DNA from: Syntrophorhabdaceae bacterium
Lineage (GTDB): Bacteria; Desulfobacterota; Syntrophorhabdia; Syntrophorhabdales; Syntrophorhabdaceae
Assembly: GCA_963665295.1 (NCBI GenBank)
Contig: OY762209.1
Span: forward strand, 4,544,001 to 4,608,000
DNA length: 64,000 nucleotides
Reading direction: 5' to 3'
Numbering within the stretch: the first letter of the stretch is position 1; each line of letters begins with the position of its first letter. The translations under genes were made by a program, and so were the position numbers. This document shows positions 19,214-29,273 of this stretch, in pieces. The notes beneath the pieces were generated by a model. The model did no database searches and was not told the origin of the DNA. It saw only the letters and a program-made list of their open reading frames with translations.

Positions 19214-21110
19214 TCTCTCCTTCGTGTCCCTTTATCAATTGTCTCAGTTCTTCGCCCTCTATGGTCTCCTTTTCAAGAAGCACCCTCGCCACCTTCACCA
19301 GAAGCTCCTTCTTCTCGCTCAACATGCCCTTCACCTTCCGGTAGCAATCTTCCACGATCTTTCTCACTTCGTTGTCTATTTCCCGGGCGGTCGCCTCACT
19401 GTAATCATGCGAACCGGCGCCGGGGGAGATATCCAGGAACAGGGGTTTTCGCTCCGGCTCGAAAGTAACATGTCCGAGGTTCTCGCTCATGGCATATTCC
19501 TTTACCATTGATTTCGCGATATCGGTGGCACGGACAAGGTCGTTCTGTGCCCCGGTGGATACCTCTCCATAGACCGTTTCCTCCGCAACCCTGCCTCCAA
19601 GAAGTACGCACAGCCTGTCGACAAGCTCCCTTCTGGTCATGAGGTACCTGTCTTCAGTGGGAAGCTGAAGTGTGTATCCCAGGGCGGTTATGCCCCGCGG
19701 TATTATCGAAATCTTATGCACCGGATCGGTCGTATCAAGCAACTCCGCCATCAGGGCATGCCCGGTCTCGTGATGGGCGACGATCTCTTTTTCCTTCTTG
19801 CTCATCACGCGTTGTTTCTTCTCGAGGCCTGCGACTACCCTGTCGATGGATTCCTCGAACTCCGGCATTCCCACCGCTGATTTTCCCTTCCTTGCTGCAA
19901 GAAGGGCGGCTTCGTTCACAAGGTTGGCGAGGTCCGCTCCCACAAATCCGGGCGTCCTTGCCGCCACGACCTTGAGGTCTACGTCTTTTCCGAGTTTCAC
20001 ATCTCTTATGTGAACCCTCAGTATCTCTTCCCTGCCTTTGATGTCAGGCCTGTCAACAAGGATATGTCTGTCGAACCTGCCGGGCCGCAGCAAGGCGGGG
20101 TCAAGAATCTCGGGCCTGTTCGTAGCGCCCATGATGATCACGCCTGCCTTCGTGTCGAACCCGTCCATCTCGGCAAGCAGTTGGTTCAAGGTCTGTTCTC
20201 TTTCATCGTGAGATGAAAGGGGATTCATGCCCCGGGCTTTCCCGAGGGCGTCAAGCTCATCGATGAAGATGATGCACGGCGCCTTTTCCTGCGCCTGGGC
20301 AAAAAGGTCTCTTACTCTCGACGCGCCCACCCCCACAAACATCTCGACAAAGTCCGAGCCGCTCATGCTGAAAAAGGGCACCTTCGCCTCTCCCGCCACT
20401 GCCTTTGCAAGAAGCGTCTTTCCTGTCCCGGGCGGACCCACAAGAAGTATGCCTTTAGGTATCTTCCCTCCAAGGTTGGTAAATTTCTGTGGAGTCTGCA
20501 GGAATTCGATGATCTCCTCAAGCTCCTGTTTGGCTTCATCCACACCCGCCACATCGCCGAAGGTAATCTTTATCTCGTCCTCACCGTAAATCCTTCCCCT
20601 GCTCTTTCCAAAATTGAGCACGCTCGAAGGCGCGCCTCCCCCCATCTTCCTCATAAGGAGGTTCCAGATCAGTATCATGATGGCAAAGGGCAGGACCCAG
20701 GAGATGATGCCTTTAAGTATCTTGTTTTCGTAAAAACCCGCGTACTTGATGCCGTATTTCTGCAGGTCCCTCACCAGGTCCGGGTCATCCACCCTGCTCG
20801 TGAGAAACCGTGTCTTCTTTCCGTCCTCAAGAGTGAGATCGCCCTGCACCGTTTCGGAATCTATGACCGCGTCGCTTATCTTGCCTTTGCCGATAAGGTC
20901 CTTGAACTCACTATAGGGGATGGTCTTTACTTCGCTCTTAAAAAAGTAGCTGTTAATGGCTATGATACCCACGAGGGCGATAATGAAATAGATAAATGTG
21001 AAGTTCCGGGCACCCGAGCTCGGGCTCTTCATTTTGGCCTTGTCTTTGATTTCAAGGAAGATGTTGGTTTGCTTTTTCTTGCGCCTTGGTTTCCTTTTAT
21101 TCGTCGGCAT
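19179..21110 (-). CDS. ftsH: ATP-dependent zinc metalloprotease FtsH
   Basis: Two TM helices, [32 protein letters not shown] zinc motif. Confidence 0.95.
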   Translation of the reverse strand: MPTNKRKPRRKKKQTNIFLEIKDKAKMKSPSSGARNFTFIYFIIALVGIIAINSYFFKSEVKTIPYSEFKDLIGKGKISDAVIDSETVQGDLTLEDGKKTRFLTSRVDDPDLVRDLQKYGIKYAGFYENKILKGIISWVLPFAIMILIWNLLMRKMGGGAPSSVLNFGKSRGRIYGEDEIKITFGDVAGVDEAKQELEEIIEFLQTPQKFTNLGGKIPKGILLVGPPGTGKTLLAKAVAGEAKVPFFSMSGSDFVEMFVGVGASRVRDLFAQAQEKAPCIIFIDELDALGKARGMNPLSSHDEREQTLNQLLAEMDGFDTKAGVIIMGATNRPEILDPALLRPGRFDRHILVDRPDIKGREEILRVHIRDVKLGKDVDLKVVAARTPGFVGADLANLVNEAALLAARKGKSAVGMPEFEESIDRVVAGLEKKQRVMSKKEKEIVAHHETGHALMAELLDTTDPVHKISIIPRGITALGYTLQLPTEDRYLMTRRELVDRLCVLLGGRVAEETVYGEVSTGAQNDLVRATDIAKSMVKEYAMSENLGHVTFEPERKPLFLDISPGAGSHDYSEATAREIDNEVRKIVEDCYRKVKGMLSEKKELLVKVARVLLEKETIEGEELRQLIKGHEGENEQNKLRETTD

Positions 21111-21115
21111 GGTAA

Positions 21116-21144
21116 ATTTTAACAGAAAACTACCCGTTTTGAAA
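21116..21144 (-). promoter_or_regulatory. Sigma70-type promoter of ftsH (probably leaderless)
   Basis: TTTCAA, 17 bp, TAAAAT with extended TG, ending 5 nt before ATG 21110. Confidence 0.55.
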
Positions 21145-21310
21145 GACGTTTTTCTTGCACGGCCCCGCCGTGGGCAAGGGACAAACCGAACGTAAACCCT
21201 TTGACGCCTGCTTTTGAAGAGATGATCCGCCCCCTGGGACGCCGTGTCCATGAAGCCCGACAGGGCGAGGGCGTGACGACACGCCCTGAAAAACCCGGAA
21301 AGGCCGGCTA

Positions 21311-22933
21311 TTAGAGGTCTAAGACTTTAGCCTCGATCATGCCGTCTATGGCCTTGATATCGCTGAGAACTTCGCTCATTATGGGATTATCCACAGAGAC
21401 AAAGGCGACTTCCTCGCCGCTGATAGGCCGCGACACCCCAAGTCCCGCGATGTTTATGTCGTACTTTCCAAGTATGGTGCCGACCTTCCCTATGATACCA
21501 GGTCTATCGGCAATCCTGAACTGGAGGAAAGTCCCCTCGGGCACGATGTCCAAGTGGAAGCCGTTCATAAGCACTATCCGCCCCAGTTTGTCCGCAAACA
21601 CGGTTCCCGCGATGCTGACCTCCTCCGCGTCCGTCTTGAGCATAAAAAGGATCAGGTCATTGAATTTGTCGAACTGCTCGGTCTTGGCCTCTATCACTAC
21701 GATACCCCGGTCTTTGGCAAGGTAAGGTGCATTGATGAAAGTAACCGACTCCTTGAGGCTCACATCGAGAAACCCTTTGAGGGCCCCTATGGTGAAGGGT
21801 TGATAGCTGAAGGGCACATCGAATTTCCTCTCGCAGAGGTCCTCTTCGAAGTTCTTGCCCACCATCACGATCTTGATCTCCTCCGGCCTGCCCTTGGCAA
21901 CCTGGGCGGCAAGCTTTCCCATCTTTTCCACGAGGCTGAAATAGAGCTGAACATGCTCGGGCAGGAGCGACTGCATGAACGGGATGTTTACCCCGTTAAG
22001 GTACGGCCTTCCATGGAGAGCGTTTACTACCTGTTCCGCTATGATGACGGAGACTGCCTTCTGCCCTTCCTTCGTATTGGCCCCTATGTGCGGGGTGGCG
22101 ATCACGTTTTCAAGCTCAAGGAGCTTGCTGCCGTGGGGAGGCTCTTTTTCGAATACATCGATCCCCGCGGCAAGTATTTTACCTGAATTTAGCCCCTCAT
22201 AGAGGTCGTTCTCGTTTACAATCCCGCCCCTCGCACAATTGACCAGGATAACGTTGTCCTTCATCAGGGCAATTTCTCTCGCGGTAATCATGTTCCTGGT
22301 AAGGGACGTAAGGGGCGTGTGAAAAGTTATGACATCCACTTGTTTCAGCAGGTCGGCAAGGTTGTCGCAGAGTGCGACGCCTATACAGTCCGCCTTGCCT
22401 TTCTTTATGAAGGGGTCGTATGCGACAACTTTCATACCGAAGCTTTTCGCCCTTGTCGCCACGTTGGTTCCGATCCGACCCAGACCGACAACGCCGAGAA
22501 CCTTGTTGTGGAGCTCCACTCCCATGAACTTCTTTCTGTCCCACTTGCCCGCTTTCAGGGAATCATTGGCAAGGGCTATCTTGCGTGCCGCGGCAAGCAT
22601 GACCCCCATGGTGAGTTCCGTGGCGGCGAGGGTGTTGCCCGTAGGCGCATTCATCACGATAATGCCCTTTTTACTTGCTGCTTCGATATTTATGTTATCC
22701 ACCCCGACTCCGGCGCGTCCGATAATCCGTAATTTTCCCGGGTTTTCAATGAGGTCCGCAGTAACTGTCGTACCGCTTCTCGTTACTATCGCGTCATAAT
22801 CCCCGATTATCTTTTTCAGATCGTCATTCTTGATTCCGACCTTGACGTCAACGTCTATTTCTCCGTCTCTCTCCAGGATATTGACCCCTTCCTGGGCGAT
22901 ATTATCAGTAACGAGTACTCTGAACTGTTTCAT
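21311..22933 (-). CDS. serA: D-3-phosphoglycerate dehydrogenase (long form with ACT domain)
   Basis: GRAGVGVDN, GLGRIG, NCARGG, TPHIGA, C-terminal DRPGIIG ACT domain. Confidence 0.95.
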   Translation of the reverse strand: MKQFRVLVTDNIAQEGVNILERDGEIDVDVKVGIKNDDLKKIIGDYDAIVTRSGTTVTADLIENPGKLRIIGRAGVGVDNINIEAASKKGIIVMNAPTGNTLAATELTMGVMLAAARKIALANDSLKAGKWDRKKFMGVELHNKVLGVVGLGRIGTNVATRAKSFGMKVVAYDPFIKKGKADCIGVALCDNLADLLKQVDVITFHTPLTSLTRNMITAREIALMKDNVILVNCARGGIVNENDLYEGLNSGKILAAGIDVFEKEPPHGSKLLELENVIATPHIGANTKEGQKAVSVIIAEQVVNALHGRPYLNGVNIPFMQSLLPEHVQLYFSLVEKMGKLAAQVAKGRPEEIKIVMVGKNFEEDLCERKFDVPFSYQPFTIGALKGFLDVSLKESVTFINAPYLAKDRGIVVIEAKTEQFDKFNDLILFMLKTDAEEVSIAGTVFADKLGRIVLMNGFHLDIVPEGTFLQFRIADRPGIIGKVGTILGKYDINIAGLGVSRPISGEEVAFVSVDNPIMSEVLSDIKAIDGMIEAKVLDL

Positions 22934-23117
22934 GGCTTTCCCTCTTTTCGTTGGTCTGAAATATTCAAAATATGCGTGAATATCTTTACTTCAGAAGAAT
23001 TTATAACAAAGATACCACGCAGGGTACTTAAAATCAACATTATCCTTATGTTCCGGGGAAGTGTCGTTTTTTCCCTTGACACCCGGAGGACCGTCCTTCT
23101 ATAGTTTTTCACAGGTT

Positions 23118-24830
23118 ATGAAAACAGACGATCCCCATACCCGATTCATTCCGCCCAGACGCTGGACTTCCCATAGCCGATACCTTCTGCTGGGCCTCGC
23201 CGTGGTGAGTGCCGCCCTTTTCCTTTCCGGTCTCTCCATAAGGGTCCTTTGGGGCTCCGAAGGACGATGGGCGGTTGTGGTGAGGGAGATGATCTCCTCC
23301 GGCAACTACTTCCTTCCCACCATTAACGGGGAAATATACTTTGATAAACCCCTGCTGAGCTACTGGCTCATCGCCCCCTTCGCCCTCGCGGGGGGAATGA
23401 GCGAAGGGGCTGCGCGTATGCCGAGTGCCCTCGCGGGTATAGGATGCGTTCTCCTTATCTTCACGATGGGAAGGAGACTCTTCGGTGAAAGGGCAGGCCT
23501 GGTTTCGGCGGGATTCCTTCTCACTACTGTCATGTTCATATTCTGGAGCAGGACCGCCTCTGCGGAAATCCTCAACGTGCTGAGCGTCTGGCTCATGCTC
23601 TGGGCGTTCATTACCGGGGGAATCGATGGGCAACTCAAAAAGCTCATTTTCTTATACGCCCTCGCTGCAACATCTGCCTTTTTGAAAGGACCCGTGGCGC
23701 CTGCCGTCGGTTTTTCCGCCATAGGGTTTTACAGCCTCGTAAGGTGCGTGACGGACCTTCGTACGGGCAGGCCTTCCAGGGAGACCGTAAAAAAGGCGTT
23801 CTTCTCCCATTTCAAATGGGTGGCGTCAGGGCCGGGGCTTCTTTCCATCGGCGTCGCCTTCCTCGTCTTTGCAGCTCTCTTCCTTATGCCCGTAATGGCC
23901 ACGGGCTCATGGCAGTCGGCGGAACTCATGTGGAGAGAGAACGTGCTCCGCTTCGTCAAGCCTTTCGACCATGTCGAACCCCCCTATGCGTACCTCAAGC
24001 ATACCCTGGTCTTCTTCGCCCCCTGGTCCCTGATACTGCTCGGTTCCCTATGGGCAGCGAGGACGTGGCCCGCCAACTGGGCACACCGGTGGACGTTGCT
24101 CATGGGTCTTGCCATATTCCTGTTCTTTACCGCCTCCGGCTCCAGAAGAAGTTACTATATCCTCCCCCTCGTGCCGGCCCTTGCCCTCATCGCAGGCAAG
24201 GCCCTGTCCGACTGGCTCGCGAAGCCGGGCGCAGGCGGCGGCCGAAGCCTGAAGGTCGCAATTCACCTGACCGCCACACTGCCCGGTCTTGCGGGCATCG
24301 CGCTGGTCTCGTCCTATTTCATCAGGGACCTTCCTCATCACCCGGTCCAGATCCTTCTCGGCGTCATCTCCATAGCCGGGAGCATCATCGCCAACATGCT
24401 TCTCCTCAGAGGAAGTAGACAGTCCGGGGCGCTCCTCGTCTTTTCCCTTGTCTTCGTCTTGGAGGTCTGGGGCTTTACAGGCGGCATGGCCGCAATGGAG
24501 GAGATGCGCTCGTTCCGGTCCTTCTGCAGGGAGGCGGTGGTGCAACTCCAGGGTGTAGAGGACGGCAAGATCGCCCTCCTCCCCGGCGGAGACTCATCGC
24601 TCGTTTTCTACCTGGACAGAGGGCCTTTGAAGACCCTGGCCGACCCCCGCGAGGCCGCCCTGTTCTGGAGGGAACACCCCGACGGCGTGGTGATCGCCGA
24701 ATCATCTTCTTTGGAGCGGCTCTCGGCGGACCCCGCGTTCAGGAATACCGTCGCGACCCTTGTCCAGACCAAGGGTCCGCGGGAAAAGAACGGCAATCGG
24801 CTGGCGATCTTCAGGCTCCGACCGCAATAG
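23118..24830 (+). CDS. ArnT/PMT-family (GT-C) membrane glycosyltransferase
   Basis: EGRWA…REM, DKPLL, KGP and YILP motifs; many TM helices. Confidence 0.85.
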   Translation: MKTDDPHTRFIPPRRWTSHSRYLLLGLAVVSAALFLSGLSIRVLWGSEGRWAVVVREMISSGNYFLPTINGEIYFDKPLLSYWLIAPFALAGGMSEGAARMPSALAGIGCVLLIFTMGRRLFGERAGLVSAGFLLTTVMFIFWSRTASAEILNVLSVWLMLWAFITGGIDGQLKKLIFLYALAATSAFLKGPVAPAVGFSAIGFYSLVRCVTDLRTGRPSRETVKKAFFSHFKWVASGPGLLSIGVAFLVFAALFLMPVMATGSWQSAELMWRENVLRFVKPFDHVEPPYAYLKHTLVFFAPWSLILLGSLWAARTWPANWAHRWTLLMGLAIFLFFTASGSRRSYYILPLVPALALIAGKALSDWLAKPGAGGGRSLKVAIHLTATLPGLAGIALVSSYFIRDLPHHPVQILLGVISIAGSIIANMLLLRGSRQSGALLVFSLVFVLEVWGFTGGMAAMEEMRSFRSFCREAVVQLQGVEDGKIALLPGGDSSLVFYLDRGPLKTLADPREAALFWREHPDGVVIAESSSLERLSADPAFRNTVATLVQTKGPREKNGNRLAIFRLRPQ

Positions 24831-24889
24831 ACCTCAAAGGTAACGATTTTACTTGATTTTTGAGCCAATATTCATTTAACTATCCTGTT

Positions 24890-25105
24890 ATGGATAACAG
24901 TAATAAGATCATATCCGCTACCCTGGCGGACATCTATCTTGAACAAGGCTGCCTTGACAAAGCTATAGAGATATACGAAAAGCTTGTTCGAAAAGAGCCC
25001 AATAACAGCTTCTACAAACAGCGGCTTTCATCACTCAAAAAAGACCTCAAGGAAAAGCAAAAAGGTCCTTCCTTCAAAAGACTTCTGAAAAAGAAACTGT
25101 GGTAA
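24890..25105 (+). CDS. Small TPR protein
   Basis: TLADIYLEQG…KAIEIYEKL single TPR pattern. Confidence 0.75.
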   Translation: MDNSNKIISATLADIYLEQGCLDKAIEIYEKLVRKEPNNSFYKQRLSSLKKDLKEKQKGPSFKRLLKKKLW

Positions 25106-25110
25106 ATACA

Positions 25111-26184
25111 ATGAGAGAAAAGAGAATAGCCGGAGTTGTGGAAATAATCAGGGAAATGGGGCTCGACGCCTGCATTCTGAAGGGTATGGACAACATATTC
25201 TACCTGACCGGGTTCAGGGGTTCCGAAGGCTCCCTTGTGGTTACCCGCGGAGACGTGCTGCTCCTCACCGACTCCAGGTATGTGACCCATGCCCTGGAGG
25301 TGGCACGGGGTATAAGGGTCCTTGAAGTGAGCCGGAAAGTAAATACCCTTTCGGAAATATGCGAAAGATACGGTATCCGCAAGATGGGATTCGACAGCGT
25401 CCACACTACCTACGACATGTATGCGAAATGGAAGGAAAATCTCAAGGACGTCGACATTGTACCGCTCACGAACAAAATCGAGAACATAAGAAGTATCAAG
25501 GAGCCGGCTGAGATTCAGGCAATTAAAAAGGCGATCCGCATCGCAACGGATGCATTCAACGAAATCTTCGATACGATACGCCCGGGGAAGACCGAGAAAG
25601 AGATTGCAAATGACCTCGATTCCTCCATGAGGCGTCATGGGGCCGACTGTCCTTCCTTCAGCACCATTGTGGCGTCCGGTCCAAGGGCTGCGCTGCCCCA
25701 CGCCGAACCCTCCGACAAGAAGATTCAGGAAGGCGAGGTGGTAATCATCGACTTCGGCGCCCAGGTTGACGGCTATTGCAGCGATGAAACGTGCTCCATC
25801 GCCATGGGGGACGTAAATGACAAGATCCACGAAATTTTCACTATCGTAAAAGATGCGAAGGATCTGGGCCTCGCCCGCATCAGGGTGGGGATGCCCGTGC
25901 AGGAGCTTGATATGATAGTGAGAGGTTTCATCGAGGAAAAGGGCTATGGCGATTTCTTCCGGCACGGCGTAGGGCACGGGGTGGGAGTGGCGGTTCACGA
26001 AGCGCCTTCCGTCACCACGGCGTCGGAGGGACTCATCGAACCGAACATGATCTTCACCGTCGAACCCGGTATATATATACCTCATTTAGGTGGCGTAAGA
26101 CTCGAGGATATGGTACTTATAGAAGAGAATAGGACAACCGTTCTCACTCACATACGAAAAGATATGCTTAACATCGCAGTGTAG
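25111..26184 (+). CDS. Xaa-Pro aminopeptidase (M24B)
   Basis: YLTGF, DFGA…GYCSD, HGVGHGVG…HE, TVEPGIY, GVRLED; adjacent to efp. Confidence 0.93.
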   Translation: MREKRIAGVVEIIREMGLDACILKGMDNIFYLTGFRGSEGSLVVTRGDVLLLTDSRYVTHALEVARGIRVLEVSRKVNTLSEICERYGIRKMGFDSVHTTYDMYAKWKENLKDVDIVPLTNKIENIRSIKEPAEIQAIKKAIRIATDAFNEIFDTIRPGKTEKEIANDLDSSMRRHGADCPSFSTIVASGPRAALPHAEPSDKKIQEGEVVIIDFGAQVDGYCSDETCSIAMGDVNDKIHEIFTIVKDAKDLGLARIRVGMPVQELDMIVRGFIEEKGYGDFFRHGVGHGVGVAVHEAPSVTTASEGLIEPNMIFTVEPGIYIPHLGGVRLEDMVLIEENRTTVLTHIRKDMLNIAV

Positions 26185-26231
26185 AAGGCGCTCGGACCGC
26201 TATTCAGTCATATTTTATTGAGGAGGAAGTA

Positions 26232-26795
26232 ATGATAGTTTCCACATCGGAGTTTAGAAAAGGCTTGAGGATACTCGTGGACAACGAACCCTTTGTAATA
26301 GTCGAGTTCCAGCATGTCAAGCCCGGCAAGGGAGGAGCATTCGTGAGAACGCGGCTCAAAAGCCTTGTAAGCGGCAATGTCCTTGACCGGACCTACCGGT
26401 CAGGCGACAAGGCGGAAGTCCCGGAGCTTGAAGAAAGAGACATGCAGTACCTTTACAAAGAAGGGGACCATTATTTCTTCATGGACCAGAACACCTACGA
26501 TCAATTGTTCATCGTTGAAGACCAGTTGGGAGATGCAAAAAACTATCTCAAAGACGGTCTGGTCATACAGGTGCTCATTTATCAGGGAAAAACCATAGGT
26601 GTGGAAGTGCCTAATTTCGTCAACCTCGTCATTGCACAGACAGAACCGGGCATCAGGGGCGACACAGCCCAGAACGCCTCAAAACCCGCTTTACTTGAGA
26701 CGGGTTACACCATTCAGGTACCCCTTTTCGTCGAGCAGGGCGAAATGGTAAGGATTGACACAAGGACCGGTCAATACCTGGAAAGGGTCAAGTAG
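26232..26795 (+). CDS. efp: Elongation factor P
   Basis: HVKPGKGGAFVR and PGIRGDT motifs. Confidence 0.97.
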   Translation: MIVSTSEFRKGLRILVDNEPFVIVEFQHVKPGKGGAFVRTRLKSLVSGNVLDRTYRSGDKAEVPELEERDMQYLYKEGDHYFFMDQNTYDQLFIVEDQLGDAKNYLKDGLVIQVLIYQGKTIGVEVPNFVNLVIAQTEPGIRGDTAQNASKPALLETGYTIQVPLFVEQGEMVRIDTRTGQYLERVK

Positions 26796-26803
26796 GAGCG
26801 CGT

Positions 26804-27424
26804 ATGCTGATCACTTTCGAAGGAATAGAAGGAAGCGGCAAATCCACACAGGTAGCACTTTTGTACGATTATCTTCAGGAGAAGGAGTACTCCGTCGTGA
26901 GGACGAGGGAGCCGGGTGGGACACTTTTCGGGGAAGCTCTGAGAAAGGTGCTCCTTCACAGGGACATGCACATCTTTCCCCTCTCGGAACTCCTTGTCTT
27001 CATGGCCATGAGGGCGCAGCACGTGGAACAGGTCATCATGCCCGCTCTTCAGGAAGGCAAGATCGTACTTTGCGACAGGTTCGTGGACGCCACCTATGCA
27101 TATCAGGGTTACGGCAGGAGTATCGATCTGGGGATCATCGAAACATTGAACAGACTCGTGACAAAAGGCATAAGACCCAACCTTACGGTCCTGCTCGACG
27201 TGAGCGTTGAGACCGGTCTCACAAGGAAGGCCGAGTCGGCGCCCATGGACCGTTTCGAGATAGAGGACCTCTCCTTTCACAAGAGGATAAGGGATGCATA
27301 CGTGAAGCTTTCAGAGGAGGATCCCAAGAGGTTCTTCGTGATAGACGGGTCAAAAGAACAGGCGGTTATTCAGGGCATTATCAGGGAACAGGCAGAAACC
27401 CTTCTCAAAGGTTATGGGATTTAA
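26804..27424 (+). CDS. tmk: Thymidylate kinase
   Basis: FEGIEGSGKST, TREPGG, DRF…AYQG. Confidence 0.96.
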   Translation: MLITFEGIEGSGKSTQVALLYDYLQEKEYSVVRTREPGGTLFGEALRKVLLHRDMHIFPLSELLVFMAMRAQHVEQVIMPALQEGKIVLCDRFVDATYAYQGYGRSIDLGIIETLNRLVTKGIRPNLTVLLDVSVETGLTRKAESAPMDRFEIEDLSFHKRIRDAYVKLSEEDPKRFFVIDGSKEQAVIQGIIREQAETLLKGYGI

Positions 27425-28370
27425 CGACATCATCGGCCATGACAAGCAGAAAGAATTTCTCCTGTCGCTCCAGCGCAAGGAGCGCCTGCCCCACGCATTC
27501 CTTTTTTGCGGTCAGGAAGGCATAGGGAAACGGAAGCTCGCCTCGGAATTCATAAAGCACATTCTCTGCGATGAAGGCACGGGCTGCAATTCATGTCGTC
27601 CCTGCCTGAAACTTGACCACGGCACTCATCCCGACCTGTTGATCGTGGAAGGGGAGGAATCCATAGGCATCGCCCAGTCCAAAATGATCAGCAAAGAGGT
27701 TTCGGAGCATCCGTACGAAGGAAAGAAAAGGGCCGTCATTATAGACAGGGCCGACATCATGACGAGGGAGGCAAGCAATGCCCTTTTGAAAACCCTCGAG
27801 GAGCCGCCGCCCTTCAACATTTTCTTTCTCATTACCTCTTCCGAAAGGGATGTACCTCTCACCATAAGGTCCCGTTGCGCGAGGGTGGCTTTCAGCCCTC
27901 TTCGACGAAACGACGTGGAAGACTACTTCGTGAGAGTAGTCAAAATGGATAAGGAAAAGGCGCGGCTCATCTCTCATCAGTCATATGGAAGTATCGGATG
28001 GGGCCTCTTCTGGGCGGAGAAGGACAACCTCCTTATGAGACGGAAACTGGGCGAACTGATTACAGGCAGGAAAAGGGGCTTTCTCACTTCGACCATAATA
28101 TCGGAGAGAATCTCAAAGGCGGACAGGGGGATCGGACCGTATCTTTCCTTTCTTCTTTCTTTTTTCCGTGATCTTTATCTTGCACGATATGAGAAGGAGA
28201 ACGCTCAACTCGTCAACAGGGATCTGAGGGACCTTATCGAGGGAGAAGCGGCCGACGCCGGTTGGATAGACAGCTCCCTGAAAAAGATACAGGAAACTAT
28301 CCTCAATATGCGGTATAATGTGAACAAGTGGTTGCTTTTTGAAAATCTGCTGCTCCACATCACGAGGTAG
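27414..28370 (+). CDS. holB: DNA polymerase III delta' subunit
   Basis: HAFLF, Cys cluster, HPD, NALLKTLEEP, TIRSRC; tmk-holB synteny. Confidence 0.92.
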   Translation: MGFNDIIGHDKQKEFLLSLQRKERLPHAFLFCGQEGIGKRKLASEFIKHILCDEGTGCNSCRPCLKLDHGTHPDLLIVEGEESIGIAQSKMISKEVSEHPYEGKKRAVIIDRADIMTREASNALLKTLEEPPPFNIFFLITSSERDVPLTIRSRCARVAFSPLRRNDVEDYFVRVVKMDKEKARLISHQSYGSIGWGLFWAEKDNLLMRRKLGELITGRKRGFLTSTIISERISKADRGIGPYLSFLLSFFRDLYLARYEKENAQLVNRDLRDLIEGEAADAGWIDSSLKKIQETILNMRYNVNKWLLFENLLLHITR

Positions 28371-28372
28371 CT

Positions 28373-29155
28373 ATGAAGAGTTGTTATGTAAGAATTGACA
28401 GACTGACAGGCATGATCGAAATGGAAGCGCCTGAGGACATAAGGGTGGGAGATCACGTAATAGCCGAAATGGAGAAGGGTCTTTGTCTCGGCACCGTCAT
28501 CACCGAACCTGCGGAGTCAACCAGGGAAGGGCTGAAAAAGATATCGGCAAAGGCAACGGATGGGGAAGTCACCCAGTATCGGGCCTTGAAAGAGAAAGAA
28601 GGATACGCCTTTAACCTGTGCCGGCAGAAGATCAAGGATATGAACCTTCCCATGAAGCTTCTCTGGGCGGAGTATCTTTTCGGGGGGACCAAACTCCTTT
28701 TCTATTTCGTTTCCGAGAACAGAGTGGACTTTCGGGAACTCGTAAAGGAACTCGCCAAAGAATTCAAGATCAGGATAGAACTGCGGCAGGTGGGCGTCAG
28801 AGACGAAGCGAAGATCATCGGAGGGCTCGGAAACTGCGGGAATGTGTGTTGCTGCAAGAGGTTCCTCAGCAATTTCTCGATAGTCTCCATAAAGATGGTC
28901 AAAGAACAGAGTCTCGCCCTGAATCCCAACAAGATATCGGGGATCTGTGGAAGACTCATGTGCTGCTTGTCTTACGAATACGAGATGTATGCGGGATACA
29001 AAAAGAATTTCCCCAAACTGGGAAAGAGAATCACGGTCGCCCAGGGCGAGGGCAAGGTAATAAAACATAACACCCTGAATGCCACCTTTACCGTCGAACT
29101 GGATGGCGGAAAAGAAGTCACCCTGACCGTAAAAGACATATTGAAACCAGCGTAA
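28373..29155 (+). CDS. ricT: PSP1-domain protein (RicT/YaaT, stage 0 sporulation family)
   Basis: RVDFRELVK, RIELRQVGVRDEA, CG…CC, ISGICGRLMCCL. Confidence 0.9.
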   Translation: MKSCYVRIDRLTGMIEMEAPEDIRVGDHVIAEMEKGLCLGTVITEPAESTREGLKKISAKATDGEVTQYRALKEKEGYAFNLCRQKIKDMNLPMKLLWAEYLFGGTKLLFYFVSENRVDFRELVKELAKEFKIRIELRQVGVRDEAKIIGGLGNCGNVCCCKRFLSNFSIVSIKMVKEQSLALNPNKISGICGRLMCCLSYEYEMYAGYKKNFPKLGKRITVAQGEGKVIKHNTLNATFTVELDGGKEVTLTVKDILKPA

Positions 29156-29273
29156 CGCGGGCGAATCCTGAAGCAGCAGGGTCATCCCGGAACCCTCCGG
29201 CTTAAGGGGCGAGACGAGCCCCGGCGACAAGAGCGAGAAGCGCGCGACCCGGTATCACGAATGGAGAGCAAGA

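Noticed and set aside
29156..29273. T-box or SAM riboswitch before metG
   Set aside because: Too short and lacks the T-box or SAM-I consensus segments.
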